64,000 bases of DNA from Clostridia bacterium. Lineage in GTDB: Bacteria; Bacillota; Clostridia; Peptostreptococcales; Anaerovoracaceae. Shown piece by piece: positions 44,994 through 53,318 of the stretch; position 1 is the first letter of the stretch; every line of letters begins with the position of its first letter. The stretch covers positions 2,244 to 66,243 of the forward strand of contig JAILDA010000022.1 in the NCBI GenBank assembly GCA_024689865.1, in the 5' to 3' direction. The position numbers and the translations under genes are program-made. The notes under the pieces are model-generated. The model did not search any database. It was not told where the DNA came from and worked only from the letters and a program-made list of their open reading frames with translations.

Positions 44994-46049
44994 TTACTTA
45001 TAACGCGTTACGGCGCCTTCTTCGCGAAGCTGCTTGTACTGAGCCTCTTTCATGAATTCGTAGAACTCTTCGCGCTCAGCCCACTTTGCTGCCAAAGCAG
45101 CGTCGGACCTTCTGTCTTCCACGCCGCACTTTTCCTTAAGGTACTTGCCGAACCAGGCGGAAAGCTTCTCCGCGCCGGAAAGGTTGAGGTGCAGGCCTGC
45201 GTCGTATGTATCCGTATTGTAATCTATTCCGGTCTCGTCTGCAAGAGCATAGAAGTTAATGTATTCCAGACCGTACTTTGCGGCGTAATCCGCCACCTGC
45301 TTGTCCCACTGATCGTACCAGGCGGGGTAGAGCGACGGGGCCTTTATCAGCACCAGCTTTATGCCCTTCTGATCGCAGGTCTCGCGTATCTTGTCCAGGT
45401 ACTCCCAGCACTTGGGGCCTATGGTGTAGTCCGGAAGCGGCACGGGATCCGGCACCTGTCCGGCGGGCTTGGCGTCCACGCGCATAAGGTATCCGTTGTG
45501 CGACAGCTTCTCGGTTTTGAACAGGTAGTTTATGTCCTCGGAGCTAAGCTCGTTCCAGCGGGAGTGGAATCGCAGCAGCGGGAAGATGTAGCTTGCTACG
45601 GTCTCTTCGTCCGTCATGGAAGCCTTTACGGCGTCCAGCTTGGTTTTAGACCACTTCATGCCGTCCAGGGTAAGGCGGTTGTAGGCCTCGTTCTGCGGCT
45701 CGGCGTATTTCATGGCCAGCACGTTGAACACCACTACCTTGGGCGTCTCGTAGCGCAGCGTGTCCTCCAGCAGGTAATAGGACTGCCAGGTGAGCTGCTG
45801 CGGAGTTCCGCGGATGTAGCTTGTAATGCCGTAGTCCCGCCACAGTTTTACCGGCGAGAAGTTGGTGTATACTTCGCAGTCCCCTATGAACAGCACGTCG
45901 TTGTTTCCGGCGTTGGCGTAGTACTCGGAGGAGAGTATGCCTTCCTCGTTGGTAGTCGCGTACTTGGGCACCAGGAGCTTCTGCAGCATGAATACAGTAG
46001 CAGCAAGGAGGACGACGCATATTACTATCTTTACGATTCTTTTCTTCAT
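44994..46049 (-). CDS. Membrane-anchored SGNH/DltD-like protein
   Basis: N-terminal TM. The block I-like motif reads FIGDCEV. Near the C-terminus YDAGLHLN resembles the SGNH block V. Positioned directly after the MBOAT gene. Confidence 0.65.
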   Translation of the reverse strand: MKKRIVKIVICVVLLAATVFMLQKLLVPKYATTNEEGILSSEYYANAGNNDVLFIGDCEVYTNFSPVKLWRDYGITSYIRGTPQQLTWQSYYLLEDTLRYETPKVVVFNVLAMKYAEPQNEAYNRLTLDGMKWSKTKLDAVKASMTDEETVASYIFPLLRFHSRWNELSSEDINYLFKTEKLSHNGYLMRVDAKPAGQVPDPVPLPDYTIGPKCWEYLDKIRETCDQKGIKLVLIKAPSLYPAWYDQWDKQVADYAAKYGLEYINFYALADETGIDYNTDTYDAGLHLNLSGAEKLSAWFGKYLKEKCGVEDRRSDAALAAKWAEREEFYEFMKEAQYKQLREEGAVTRYK

Positions 46050-46062
46050 GGTCCCTCCTTTC

Positions 46063-47637
46063 CTAGAACTGGTTGTATATGAACTGCGTGGCGTCGAAGC
46101 CTATGCCGTAGGCACCGAACACCAGAATTACGATTATGAGCACCCAAACGATCAGATACCTTGGAACGAGCGGCTTTTCGGCAAGCTGCTCGGCCACGGG
46201 CTTCTTGCCCTGAAGTATCCCTACGATCAGGAATATGACTATCGCGACTGCAACTATAATATAGTCGCGCACTTCCAGCCCCAGTTTAAGCATGCCGCCG
46301 GAGAACATCTCGCTCCAGCCTTTGCTGCTGAAGATCGTGGGCACCATGCGGAAGGTAAGCGGCACGTTTCTGTATACGTCCAGCACACGCAGGAACGCCA
46401 TCAACCAGAAGGTGCGGAACATCTGGAACACGTCCCAGCCCTTGGTATTGCTGAACGCGCACTTTTCGTGGAACTTTGCGTAGAGCGGCTCCAGCTCCTG
46501 CGAGATTATTATCACCAGGCAGTTTAGCAGTCCCCAGACCACGAAGTTCCAGGATGCGCCGTGCCATATGCCTGTGGCCAGCCACACAAGGATTGTGGAC
46601 AGGTACACCGGCACCCTCTTGCCCAGCTGCGGCCCCAGCTTGGCTCTGGACCACTTGGACACCTTAAGCATCCATTTGCTTACGGATACCGGGTAGAAGA
46701 TGTAGTCCTTGAACCACGTTCCCATGGTTATGTGCCAGCGCCTCCAGAATTCGGTGATGTTCTTGGAGAAGAACGGTCTGTCGAAGTTCTCCGCAAGATC
46801 CACGCCGAACATCTTCGCGACGCCTATGGTTATGTCTATGCCTCCGGTGAAGTCCGCGTAGAGCTGAATGGTATAGAAGAACACCAGCGCCAGAACGTAG
46901 CCGCCTACGTATTTGTCCGGATTGCCGGCTATTCCCGTAACTACAGGAACCAGCCTGTCGGCCACTACCATCTTCTTAAAGAAGCCCCAGACGGCCCTCC
47001 ATGCGCCCTGGGTTATCTTCTGAGCCTCAAAATCGTGCTCGGAGTAGAGCGTCTGCGAAAGCTGGTCGAAACGGCTTATGGGGCCCTGCACCAACTGCGG
47101 GAAGAAGGTTACGAACAGCGCAAATTTGGCGGGGTTGAGCTCCGCCTGGTATTTGCCTCTGGAAACGTCGATAATGTAGCCCATGCTCTGGAAGGTGTAG
47201 AACGAGATGCCCATGGGCAGGGCGAAGCGCAGGAACGCTATGTCCGTCTTGAACAGGGAATTGATGGTCCCTATGGTGAAATCCGTGTATTTGCAGACCG
47301 CAAGGATGCCAAGGTTAAGTATCAGGCAGCACACCATAAGGCGGCGGGCCTTCTTCTTGGCCTGCTCCTTGCATGCTTTCTTGTCTTCCTTTGTAATGTC
47401 CGGGGTGTCCTTAATGTACGCGTCGCGCGCGGCGTACTCGTCGTGGATCAGCTTGCCCGCGAACCACGTGGAAAGCGCAGTTACTGCAATGTAGATAAGG
47501 TACTTGGGGCTGGCGAAGGCATAGAAAACCAGACTCCCCGCCAGAAGCAGCACCCACTGGAAGCGGCGCGGCAGCGCGTAGTAAAGGATGAACAGTATTA
47601 GCAGGAACAGTAAGAATCCTAAAGATACGAAAGACAT
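46063..47637 (-). CDS. MBOAT family O-acyltransferase (DltB/AlgI-like, 524 aa)
   Basis: Polytopic. Conserved FWRRWHITMGTWFKDYIFYP with the catalytic His. Its start overlaps the stop of the carrier protein gene (TAATG). Confidence 0.88.
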   Translation of the reverse strand: MSFVSLGFLLFLLILFILYYALPRRFQWVLLLAGSLVFYAFASPKYLIYIAVTALSTWFAGKLIHDEYAARDAYIKDTPDITKEDKKACKEQAKKKARRLMVCCLILNLGILAVCKYTDFTIGTINSLFKTDIAFLRFALPMGISFYTFQSMGYIIDVSRGKYQAELNPAKFALFVTFFPQLVQGPISRFDQLSQTLYSEHDFEAQKITQGAWRAVWGFFKKMVVADRLVPVVTGIAGNPDKYVGGYVLALVFFYTIQLYADFTGGIDITIGVAKMFGVDLAENFDRPFFSKNITEFWRRWHITMGTWFKDYIFYPVSVSKWMLKVSKWSRAKLGPQLGKRVPVYLSTILVWLATGIWHGASWNFVVWGLLNCLVIIISQELEPLYAKFHEKCAFSNTKGWDVFQMFRTFWLMAFLRVLDVYRNVPLTFRMVPTIFSSKGWSEMFSGGMLKLGLEVRDYIIVAVAIVIFLIVGILQGKKPVAEQLAEKPLVPRYLIVWVLIIVILVFGAYGIGFDATQFIYNQF

Positions 47638-47864
47638 TATTCGTCCTGAAGCTTTTCTACCATTGCCCAGAGGGCCTTAGCGGAGTTGAAGTTCTCCGGG
47701 ATTATCTGATCCGCGGGCACCGCAACGTCCATCTGGCTGTTGAGTTCGGTGATTATGGATATTATATCGAACGAATCGAGTATTTTATCGTCTATAAGCG
47801 TAGTGCAGTTCTCGAAATCCACGTCCGGTCTAATGTCGCTGAGTATCTCCATCAGTTCTTCCAT
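47637..47864 (-). CDS. Acyl/D-alanyl carrier protein (DltC-like, 75 aa)
   Basis: Phosphopantetheine attachment motif LDSFDIISI. Size and acidic character are typical of DltC-type carrier proteins. Confidence 0.8.
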   Translation of the reverse strand: MEELMEILSDIRPDVDFENCTTLIDDKILDSFDIISIITELNSQMDVAVPADQIIPENFNSAKALWAMVEKLQDE

Positions 47865-47939
47865 TTTATATCCTCCCTTTGATGTCCGGGCTCTGCCCGG
47901 TCTTTTGATCGTTCTCAGTTGGTGATCCGCGCTTGTGCG

Positions 47940-49247
47940 CTAGTTATATGTAAGTACGTATTTGCCGTTCTTGTACTCCACGTGCACCGGCGTGGTGTCC
48001 GGGGTCTTGGGGTAGTCTTCCTTTACGCGGTTGTAGTATCCGGGACGGACGTCCGTGCTGAACCAGTCCAGCTCGGCGTCTGTGCCCAGGAAGCCCACGT
48101 AGTTCCTTATGTACAGCGGCACTGCGTCCACATGGTACCACTTTCCGTCCAGTTTCACCATTACCCAGAAGTGGTGGTTTACGTAGGTGCCTATTACTTC
48201 CTTTATCTCGAAGCCCATGGCCTCCGCCATTGCGCGGAATCCGCAGGCGCAGGTGTAGCAGTCGCCGGGCTTGCCGTCCAGGCACTTTATGGCTTCGTTT
48301 ACGTAGTCCGACTGGGTGTGGCCGTTCTGGTACTCTATGTGCTCGCGTATCCACAGGAACGCCGCGTAGAGCTTTTCGATGTCCGTCATCTCCGGCTTTA
48401 TTATCTTGGCCAGCAGAGCGTCCACCTTCTTGTTCATCTTTTCGATGTTCTTGTAGCCTATGGGCTGCTCTTCCACCTTAAGGTTTATGGAGACGCTGGC
48501 ACTGTTGCCGCAGAAGTCCGTGGCGGTGTAGGTGACCGGGTATATGCCTACCTTATCCAGGTCCACCTGGGTGTTGTCTATGGAAAGCTTGGGCTCCGGA
48601 TCCATGTTGTCCGTTACCGTTACGCCTGCCTTGTAGGCTATGGTCTCGCCGATGTAGACAGTGCGGTTCTTTACGCCCTCTATTACCGGGGCTTCCTTGT
48701 CGTCCACCAGCTCCAGCTTTACCTTGACGGTGGCGGAGTTCTTGCCGGCGTCCGTGGCGGTTATCTCCACGTTCTGGACCGCCGTGGACTTGAAGTCCGG
48801 CTTCTTGCCGAAGCTGAAGGTGACCGCTGTCTTGTCCTCGCAGGAGGTTATGAAGTCCTCCGGCTTAAGCTCCTGTCCCAGCGCTCCTTTGCGGTCCTCC
48901 GCCGTAACGACCGGAGGTATGGTGTCCTTAATTATGAGCCTGGACGTTAAGGGGAACAGTCCGCCTTTTATCTTTACGATCTTGGTTGCCGGAACCGTGG
49001 TGTCCAGCCCCGACAGATCCGTTGCAAGGGTGTATTTGTCCGGGTTGCGTTTAACGAAGGCCTCTATGCCGGGGATGGGGTCTCCGGCTTCGATGACTAC
49101 TCTTTTGCGCACGTTTATGTGCGATATCGCCGATATCAGCAGCACCGCCAGTATCACGACCAGCACGAATGCGACTACGTATGCTCTTTTCTTAAGTTTT
49201 ACCTTGCGCTTTCTGCGCTTCGGCGTGCTTCTTCTTGTTTCTGCCAT
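47940..49247 (-). CDS. Membrane-anchored protein with Ig-like repeats and a C-terminal transglutaminase-like cysteine protease domain
   Basis: Basic N-terminus plus a TM. Repeated beta-rich modules (VTAEDRKG..., VTVTDNMDPEP...). GDCYTCACGF...HHFWVMV...WYHVD resembles the Cys-His-Asp transglutaminase core. Confidence 0.75.
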   Translation of the reverse strand: MAETRRSTPKRRKRKVKLKKRAYVVAFVLVVILAVLLISAISHINVRKRVVIEAGDPIPGIEAFVKRNPDKYTLATDLSGLDTTVPATKIVKIKGGLFPLTSRLIIKDTIPPVVTAEDRKGALGQELKPEDFITSCEDKTAVTFSFGKKPDFKSTAVQNVEITATDAGKNSATVKVKLELVDDKEAPVIEGVKNRTVYIGETIAYKAGVTVTDNMDPEPKLSIDNTQVDLDKVGIYPVTYTATDFCGNSASVSINLKVEEQPIGYKNIEKMNKKVDALLAKIIKPEMTDIEKLYAAFLWIREHIEYQNGHTQSDYVNEAIKCLDGKPGDCYTCACGFRAMAEAMGFEIKEVIGTYVNHHFWVMVKLDGKWYHVDAVPLYIRNYVGFLGTDAELDWFSTDVRPGYYNRVKEDYPKTPDTTPVHVEYKNGKYVLTYN

Positions 49248-49320
49248 CTATATGTCTCTTTTCGGTCGGTTTTATTTTGTATAAGTATGGTTTTCTACTA
49301 TATCTATAATATGACAGCTT

Positions 49321-49349
49321 ATTATATCACAAGGTGTTGATAAGCGCAA
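49321..49349 (-). promoter_or_regulatory. Sigma-A promoter (TTGCGC-17-TATAAT with TGn) of the transglutaminase/Dlt-like operon
   Basis: On the minus strand: TTGCGC at 49344-49349, a 17-nt spacer ending in TGA, and TATAAT at 49321-49326. Confidence 0.6.
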
Positions 49350-49404
49350 CGAAAGGCGCTGTGAGGTTTCTGTGACGAAGCAGCGTTGCTGTGCTTGTTG
49401 GAGT

Positions 49405-49570
49405 GGGCCCGGCAGGCTGATCTTTCTCTGCCCGCTCCGCGGCTTCACGCCGAGCCTTTCCGATGCTTTTTATCCGGTCGGCTCGTACCTAACGGCCTCC
49501 CGGAAAAGCCTTAGCGGAAAGTCTCTTCTACCGCTCCGAAGCGCTTCGAAAGATCAGCCCTGCCGGGCCC
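49405..49570. repeat. 166-bp element bounded by 22/23-nt inverted repeats
   Basis: GGGCCCGGCAGGCTGATCTTTC (49405-49426) is the reverse complement of GAAAGATCAGCCCTGCCGGGCCC (49548-49570), apart from one extra G. Confidence 0.7.
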
Positions 49571-49631
49571 GCCCCTTTTAACACGGTAACGCCGCTGCAG
49601 CGCACGAAAACCCGCATGCCTCATCGTGCAC

Positions 49632-49660
49632 TTGAGAAAACACCTGAGGGGCTATATAAT
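49632..49660 (+). promoter_or_regulatory. Sigma-A promoter (TTGAGA-17-TATAAT) of the DltA-like gene
   Basis: Hexamers at 49632-49637 and 49655-49660. This gives a 5' UTR of about 100 nt and an AGGGAG SD. Confidence 0.6.
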
Positions 49661-49766
49661 TAATATGATATGCAGAAAACTGCTGTGCTTCGTAAACGCA
49701 TAGGCCGGGAAGGCCGGAAACTGCGCCCGCGGAGCAGCGAAACGATAAAAACAGGGAGTCAGAGAC

Positions 49767-51269
49767 ATGGAAAGATCGGTGCTGGGACGTCTGGACAGAG
49801 CGGCAAGGCTTTGGCCGGACAAGACTATGCTTAAGGACAGCGAAAGATCGCTTACTTTTTCGGAGTTCAGCGGGCTGACTAAGCGCATCGGAACGGCGCT
49901 TGCGGAAAGGACCGCGCCCGGAAAGCCTATTGCGGTGCTGTCCGGAAGACATGTGTACACGCCTGCCGCGTACCTTGGAATAGTAAGGGCGGGCTGCTTC
50001 TACGCGCCTATGGACGGGGACGTTCCCAAAGCCAGGCTCAACCAGGTGCTGTCGGTGATCGACGCGGATCTTATGGTAGTGGACAGGGATCATCTGGAAG
50101 TGGCAAAAGAGCTGGAATTTAAAGGCGAACTGGCTGTTCTGGAGGATCTTGCGGAAGCGAAAGCAGACGATGCCGTGCTGGCCGAGCGCGAAGAAACGCT
50201 TATAAACACCTCGCCGCTGTACGTAATATTCACCTCCGGCTCCACCGGAAAGCCCAAGGGTGTAATAACCTCGCACCTTTCGCTCATGACCTACATAGAC
50301 GCCGTCGGCAAGGTCCTCAGCATAAATGAGACCGACATCTGCGGCAACCAGGCACCGCTGGACTACATTGCCGCCATCCGCGACATTTACTTCCCGATCA
50401 GCTTCGGAGCGACTACGTACATAATCCCCACCAGCGAGGTATCCATACCCACCACGCTGTTCGCCACACTCAACCGCGAGAAGATAACTTCCATATGCTG
50501 GAGCGTCTCTGGGCTCGAGGTACCCGCAAAGATGGGCGCGTTCAAGGTCTGCAAGCCGGAATTCATAAAGAAGGTCTGCTTCTCCGGCTCCGTAATGTCC
50601 TCCAAGCTGCTTCGCATGTGGCAGGACGCGCTTCCGGACGCGCTGTACGTTAACCAGTACGGCCCCACGGAGACCACCGCGTCGTGCACATACTACGTGA
50701 TCCCGGGCAAAGTGGAGGAGGACACGGTCCTTCCCATAGGCAAGCCTTACGACAACTACAAGATAATTCTGCTGAACGAGGACGGCACACAGACTCCGCG
50801 CGGCGAGATAGGCCAGATCTGCGTGGGCGGACCGGCGCTGGCGCTCGGGTATTACAACAACCCGGAGGTGACAGCAGCTTCGTTCATAACCAGCCCGGTC
50901 AACGGCATGTACGGCGAGCGCATCTACAAGACCGGCGACCTTGGCCGCTGGGCGGAGGACGGCGAGCTGGAGTTCCACGGCCGCATGGACAGGCAGGTAA
51001 AGCACTTCGGGCACCGCATAGAGCTGGGCGAAGTGGAGGACGCCGCAAGGCGTGTGGACGGCGTGGAGAACTGCTGCGCGCTCTACAACAAGGAAAAGGA
51101 AGTCCTGTGGCTGTTCTACGAGGGCGCCGCGGACTCCAAAGCGATAGTAATGTACTTCCGTGAGAACATGCCGGCCTTCATGGTACCGCGCAAACTTAAG
51201 CAGCTGGACAAGCTGCCCGCGCTTCCCAACGGCAAGACGGACATGCAGGCGCTGAAGGGGTACTTCTAG
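49767..51269 (+). CDS. Adenylate-forming enzyme (DltA-like amino acid--carrier protein ligase)
   Basis: A-domain core motifs LYVIFTSGSTGKPKGV, YGPTE, YKTGDL, GRMDRQVKHFGHRIELGEVE and LPNGKTD. 500 aa, the size of DltA. Confidence 0.88.
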   Translation: MERSVLGRLDRAARLWPDKTMLKDSERSLTFSEFSGLTKRIGTALAERTAPGKPIAVLSGRHVYTPAAYLGIVRAGCFYAPMDGDVPKARLNQVLSVIDADLMVVDRDHLEVAKELEFKGELAVLEDLAEAKADDAVLAEREETLINTSPLYVIFTSGSTGKPKGVITSHLSLMTYIDAVGKVLSINETDICGNQAPLDYIAAIRDIYFPISFGATTYIIPTSEVSIPTTLFATLNREKITSICWSVSGLEVPAKMGAFKVCKPEFIKKVCFSGSVMSSKLLRMWQDALPDALYVNQYGPTETTASCTYYVIPGKVEEDTVLPIGKPYDNYKIILLNEDGTQTPRGEIGQICVGGPALALGYYNNPEVTAASFITSPVNGMYGERIYKTGDLGRWAEDGELEFHGRMDRQVKHFGHRIELGEVEDAARRVDGVENCCALYNKEKEVLWLFYEGAADSKAIVMYFRENMPAFMVPRKLKQLDKLPALPNGKTDMQALKGYF

Positions 51270-51295
51270 ATTGCAACTGAATTTCAGTAACACAA

Positions 51296-51327
51296 AACGC
51301 GAGTCCTCTTCGGACCCGCGTTTTTAA
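51296..51327 (+). terminator. Rho-independent terminator
   Basis: 11-bp stem with one mismatch (AACGCGAGTCC / GGACCCGCGTT), followed by TTTTTAATT. Confidence 0.75.
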
Positions 51328-51346
51328 TTGAAATTTCAACGATCCT

Positions 51347-52861
51347 TTAGCCCGAGTACAGGTTGTTGGTGGAGAACTCCGGCTCGCAGGTAGCGTCTAT
51401 GCCCAGATCGTGGAATATCTGATCGTCGCGCCTGGACAGGATCGCCGTGCAGTGGGCCTTGCACCCCCTAAGCTCCACCAGCTTGTTTACCGCCAGACCC
51501 GCCATCGGGTTTACTGCGGCGGACATTGTAAGCGCGGTAAGGACTTCTTCTATGTTGAGGGAGCCCTTCTGCTTGTTGAGTATGTCTGTCTTAAGGTGCT
51601 GTATGGTCTTGAGGACTTCCGTGGAGATCAGCTGCATGTCGTCCGGGATGCCGCACAGTGCCTTTACGGCGTTAAGAAGCATTGCCGCGCCTGCAACCAT
51701 CCTCTTGGAGCTGCGTCCGGTTATTATCCTGCCGTCCGGAAGCTCTATGGCCATGGCGATAACGTTTTCGTAGCGGACAGGATCCAGGCTGCGCTTAAAT
51801 TCTGCGTAATCCAGAGCCGGCTTTACCACCGGGCGGTCCGTAGGCACTGCGCCCACCTCGTCCATCAGCAGCTTGGCGCGCTTAAGGCAGTCCTCGTCGG
51901 TCATGCCTTTCTTGTATTCCACGCTGGCGATAAGGTAGCGCCTTATTATCTCCTGGATGCTGGCCTGACGGCAGACTTCGTCGTCCGTAATGCAGAATCC
52001 TACGCGGTTAACACCCATGTCCGTGGGCGATTTGTATTCGCTTTCGGTACCGGAGATCTTTTCCAGTATCCTCTTAAGGACGGGGAAGGTCTCCAGGTCC
52101 CTGTTGTAGTTTACGGCCGGCGTGCCGTAGGCCTCCAGATGGAAGCTGTCGATCATGTTTACGTCCTTAAGGTCCACCGTTGCGGCCTCGTAGGCGATGT
52201 TTACGGGGTGCTTAAGCGGCAGGTTCCATACGGGGAAGGTCTCGAACTTGGCGTAGCGCGCCTTTATTCCGCGCTTGTTCTCGTGGTACAGCTGGGAAAG
52301 GCAGGTGGCCAGTTTTCCGGATCCGGGGCCGGGAGCGTTTACTATAACTAACGGTTTTGTTACTTCGATGTACGGATTGGCACCGTAGCCCTCGTCGGAG
52401 ACTATCGTATCCACATCCGTGGGGTATCCTTTGGTAAAATAGTGCTTGTAGGTCTTTATTCCGCGGCGCTCCAGCTTGCTTATGAAGGAGTTTACTGCGG
52501 GCTGGTCTTCGTAGCGGGTTATCACCACGCTGTTTACCGAAAGGTCCCAGCTGCGGAACATGTCGATAAGGCGCATTACTTCCAGGTCGTAGGTGGTGCC
52601 GAAGTCCTGGCGGGTCTTGTTTGTGAGGATGTCCCCGGCGTAGATGCAGATGATTATCTCCGCCTGATCCTTCATTTTGGCAAGGAGCTTTATCTTGGCG
52701 TTCTCGTCGAATCCGGGCAGAACACGCTTTGCGTGCTTATCCTGCACCAGCTTTCCGCCGAACTCCAGATACAGCCTGTCGCAGCTGCGGCTGTCTATGC
52801 GCTCCAGTATGTAGCGGGACTGTTCTTCCAGGTACTTTTCCGGATCAAAACCGAGTTTCAT
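51347..52861 (-). CDS. DUF1846 (UPF0371) family protein
   Basis: 504 aa. The N-terminal [18 protein letters not shown]...LYLEFGGKL is characteristic of this conserved family of unknown function. Confidence 0.8.
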   Translation of the reverse strand: MKLGFDPEKYLEEQSRYILERIDSRSCDRLYLEFGGKLVQDKHAKRVLPGFDENAKIKLLAKMKDQAEIIICIYAGDILTNKTRQDFGTTYDLEVMRLIDMFRSWDLSVNSVVITRYEDQPAVNSFISKLERRGIKTYKHYFTKGYPTDVDTIVSDEGYGANPYIEVTKPLVIVNAPGPGSGKLATCLSQLYHENKRGIKARYAKFETFPVWNLPLKHPVNIAYEAATVDLKDVNMIDSFHLEAYGTPAVNYNRDLETFPVLKRILEKISGTESEYKSPTDMGVNRVGFCITDDEVCRQASIQEIIRRYLIASVEYKKGMTDEDCLKRAKLLMDEVGAVPTDRPVVKPALDYAEFKRSLDPVRYENVIAMAIELPDGRIITGRSSKRMVAGAAMLLNAVKALCGIPDDMQLISTEVLKTIQHLKTDILNKQKGSLNIEEVLTALTMSAAVNPMAGLAVNKLVELRGCKAHCTAILSRRDDQIFHDLGIDATCEPEFSTNNLYSG

Positions 52862-52894
52862 GATGCGCCTCCGTATAGAAAAAATACAAGAATT

Positions 52895-52923
52895 AGTATA
52901 GCAAAAAGTGCTTGCAATATCAA
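52895..52923 (-). promoter_or_regulatory. Sigma-A promoter (TTGATA-17-TATACT) of the DUF1846 gene
   Basis: On the minus strand, TTGATA at 52918-52923 and TATACT at 52895-52900. It overlaps the rpsF -35 region. Confidence 0.6.
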
Positions 52924-52940
52924 CGCCTCGTTGTTATAAT
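52912..52940 (+). promoter_or_regulatory. Sigma-A promoter (TTGCAA-17-TATAAT) of the rpsF-ssb-rpsR operon
   Basis: TTGCAA at 52912-52917 and TATAAT at 52935-52940. Confidence 0.65.
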
Positions 52941-52946
52941 TATCGA

Positions 52947-52993
52947 GCATTTGAATATAGGAAATGCCCTCTGCCGCGGGGGAGTACCGCGGC
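52947..52993 (+). promoter_or_regulatory. Structured rpsF 5' UTR (two hairpins); possible S6:S18 autoregulatory leader
   Basis: Hairpins GCATTT/AAATGC (52947-52967) and GCCGCGG/CCGCGGC (52973-52993) lie between the promoter and the SD. I cannot verify a match to the published rpsF leader by eye. Confidence 0.3.
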
Positions 52994-53019
52994 CATTCAG
53001 ACCACAGGGAGGAGAAAAA

Positions 53020-53307
53020 ATGAATAAGTACGAACTGATGTTCATTATCGATCCTGTCTTAGAGGACGACAAGAAGGACGCTGTTATCGAGACCGTTAAG
53101 GGTATCATCGCGGCGGACGGCGAAGTCGCCGAAACAGACGTGTGGGGACTCAGAAAGCTTGCTTATCCTATCCAGAAGAAGACCGAAGGCTACTATGTAG
53201 TAATGCAGTTTGCAGCCGCTCCGGAGCTTCCCAAGGAACTGGACAGAAGGCTCAGGATCTCCGATAACGTAATGAGACACATCATCGTTTCCAAGGACGA
53301 GAAATAA
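53020..53307 (+). CDS. rpsF: 30S ribosomal protein S6
   Basis: MNKYELMFIIDP...YYVVMQF. GGGAGGAG SD. The upstream track extension was discarded. Confidence 0.95.
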   Translation: MNKYELMFIIDPVLEDDKKDAVIETVKGIIAADGEVAETDVWGLRKLAYPIQKKTEGYYVVMQFAAAPELPKELDRRLRISDNVMRHIIVSKDEK

Positions 53308-53318
53308 GAGGTGAAGGC

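Noticed and set aside
49372-49581. 69-aa ORF coinciding with the inverted-repeat element.
   Set aside because: It has no SD. It starts with GTG in the middle of the divergent promoter region, is Cys/Arg/Pro/Ser-rich, and its boundaries simply track the GC-rich palindromic element.
52912-53019. N-terminal extensions offered by the ORF track for rpsF. The same issue applies to the ORFs starting at 7056, 17743, 20825, 27650, 43489, 54053, 54852, 55121, 58201, 60178 and 61968, and on the minus strand to those ending at 15225, 27815, 34446, 41115, 44947 and 58344.
   Set aside because: In each case an internal ATG has a clear SD and gives the family-typical N-terminus. The extension overlaps promoters, terminators or neighbouring genes.
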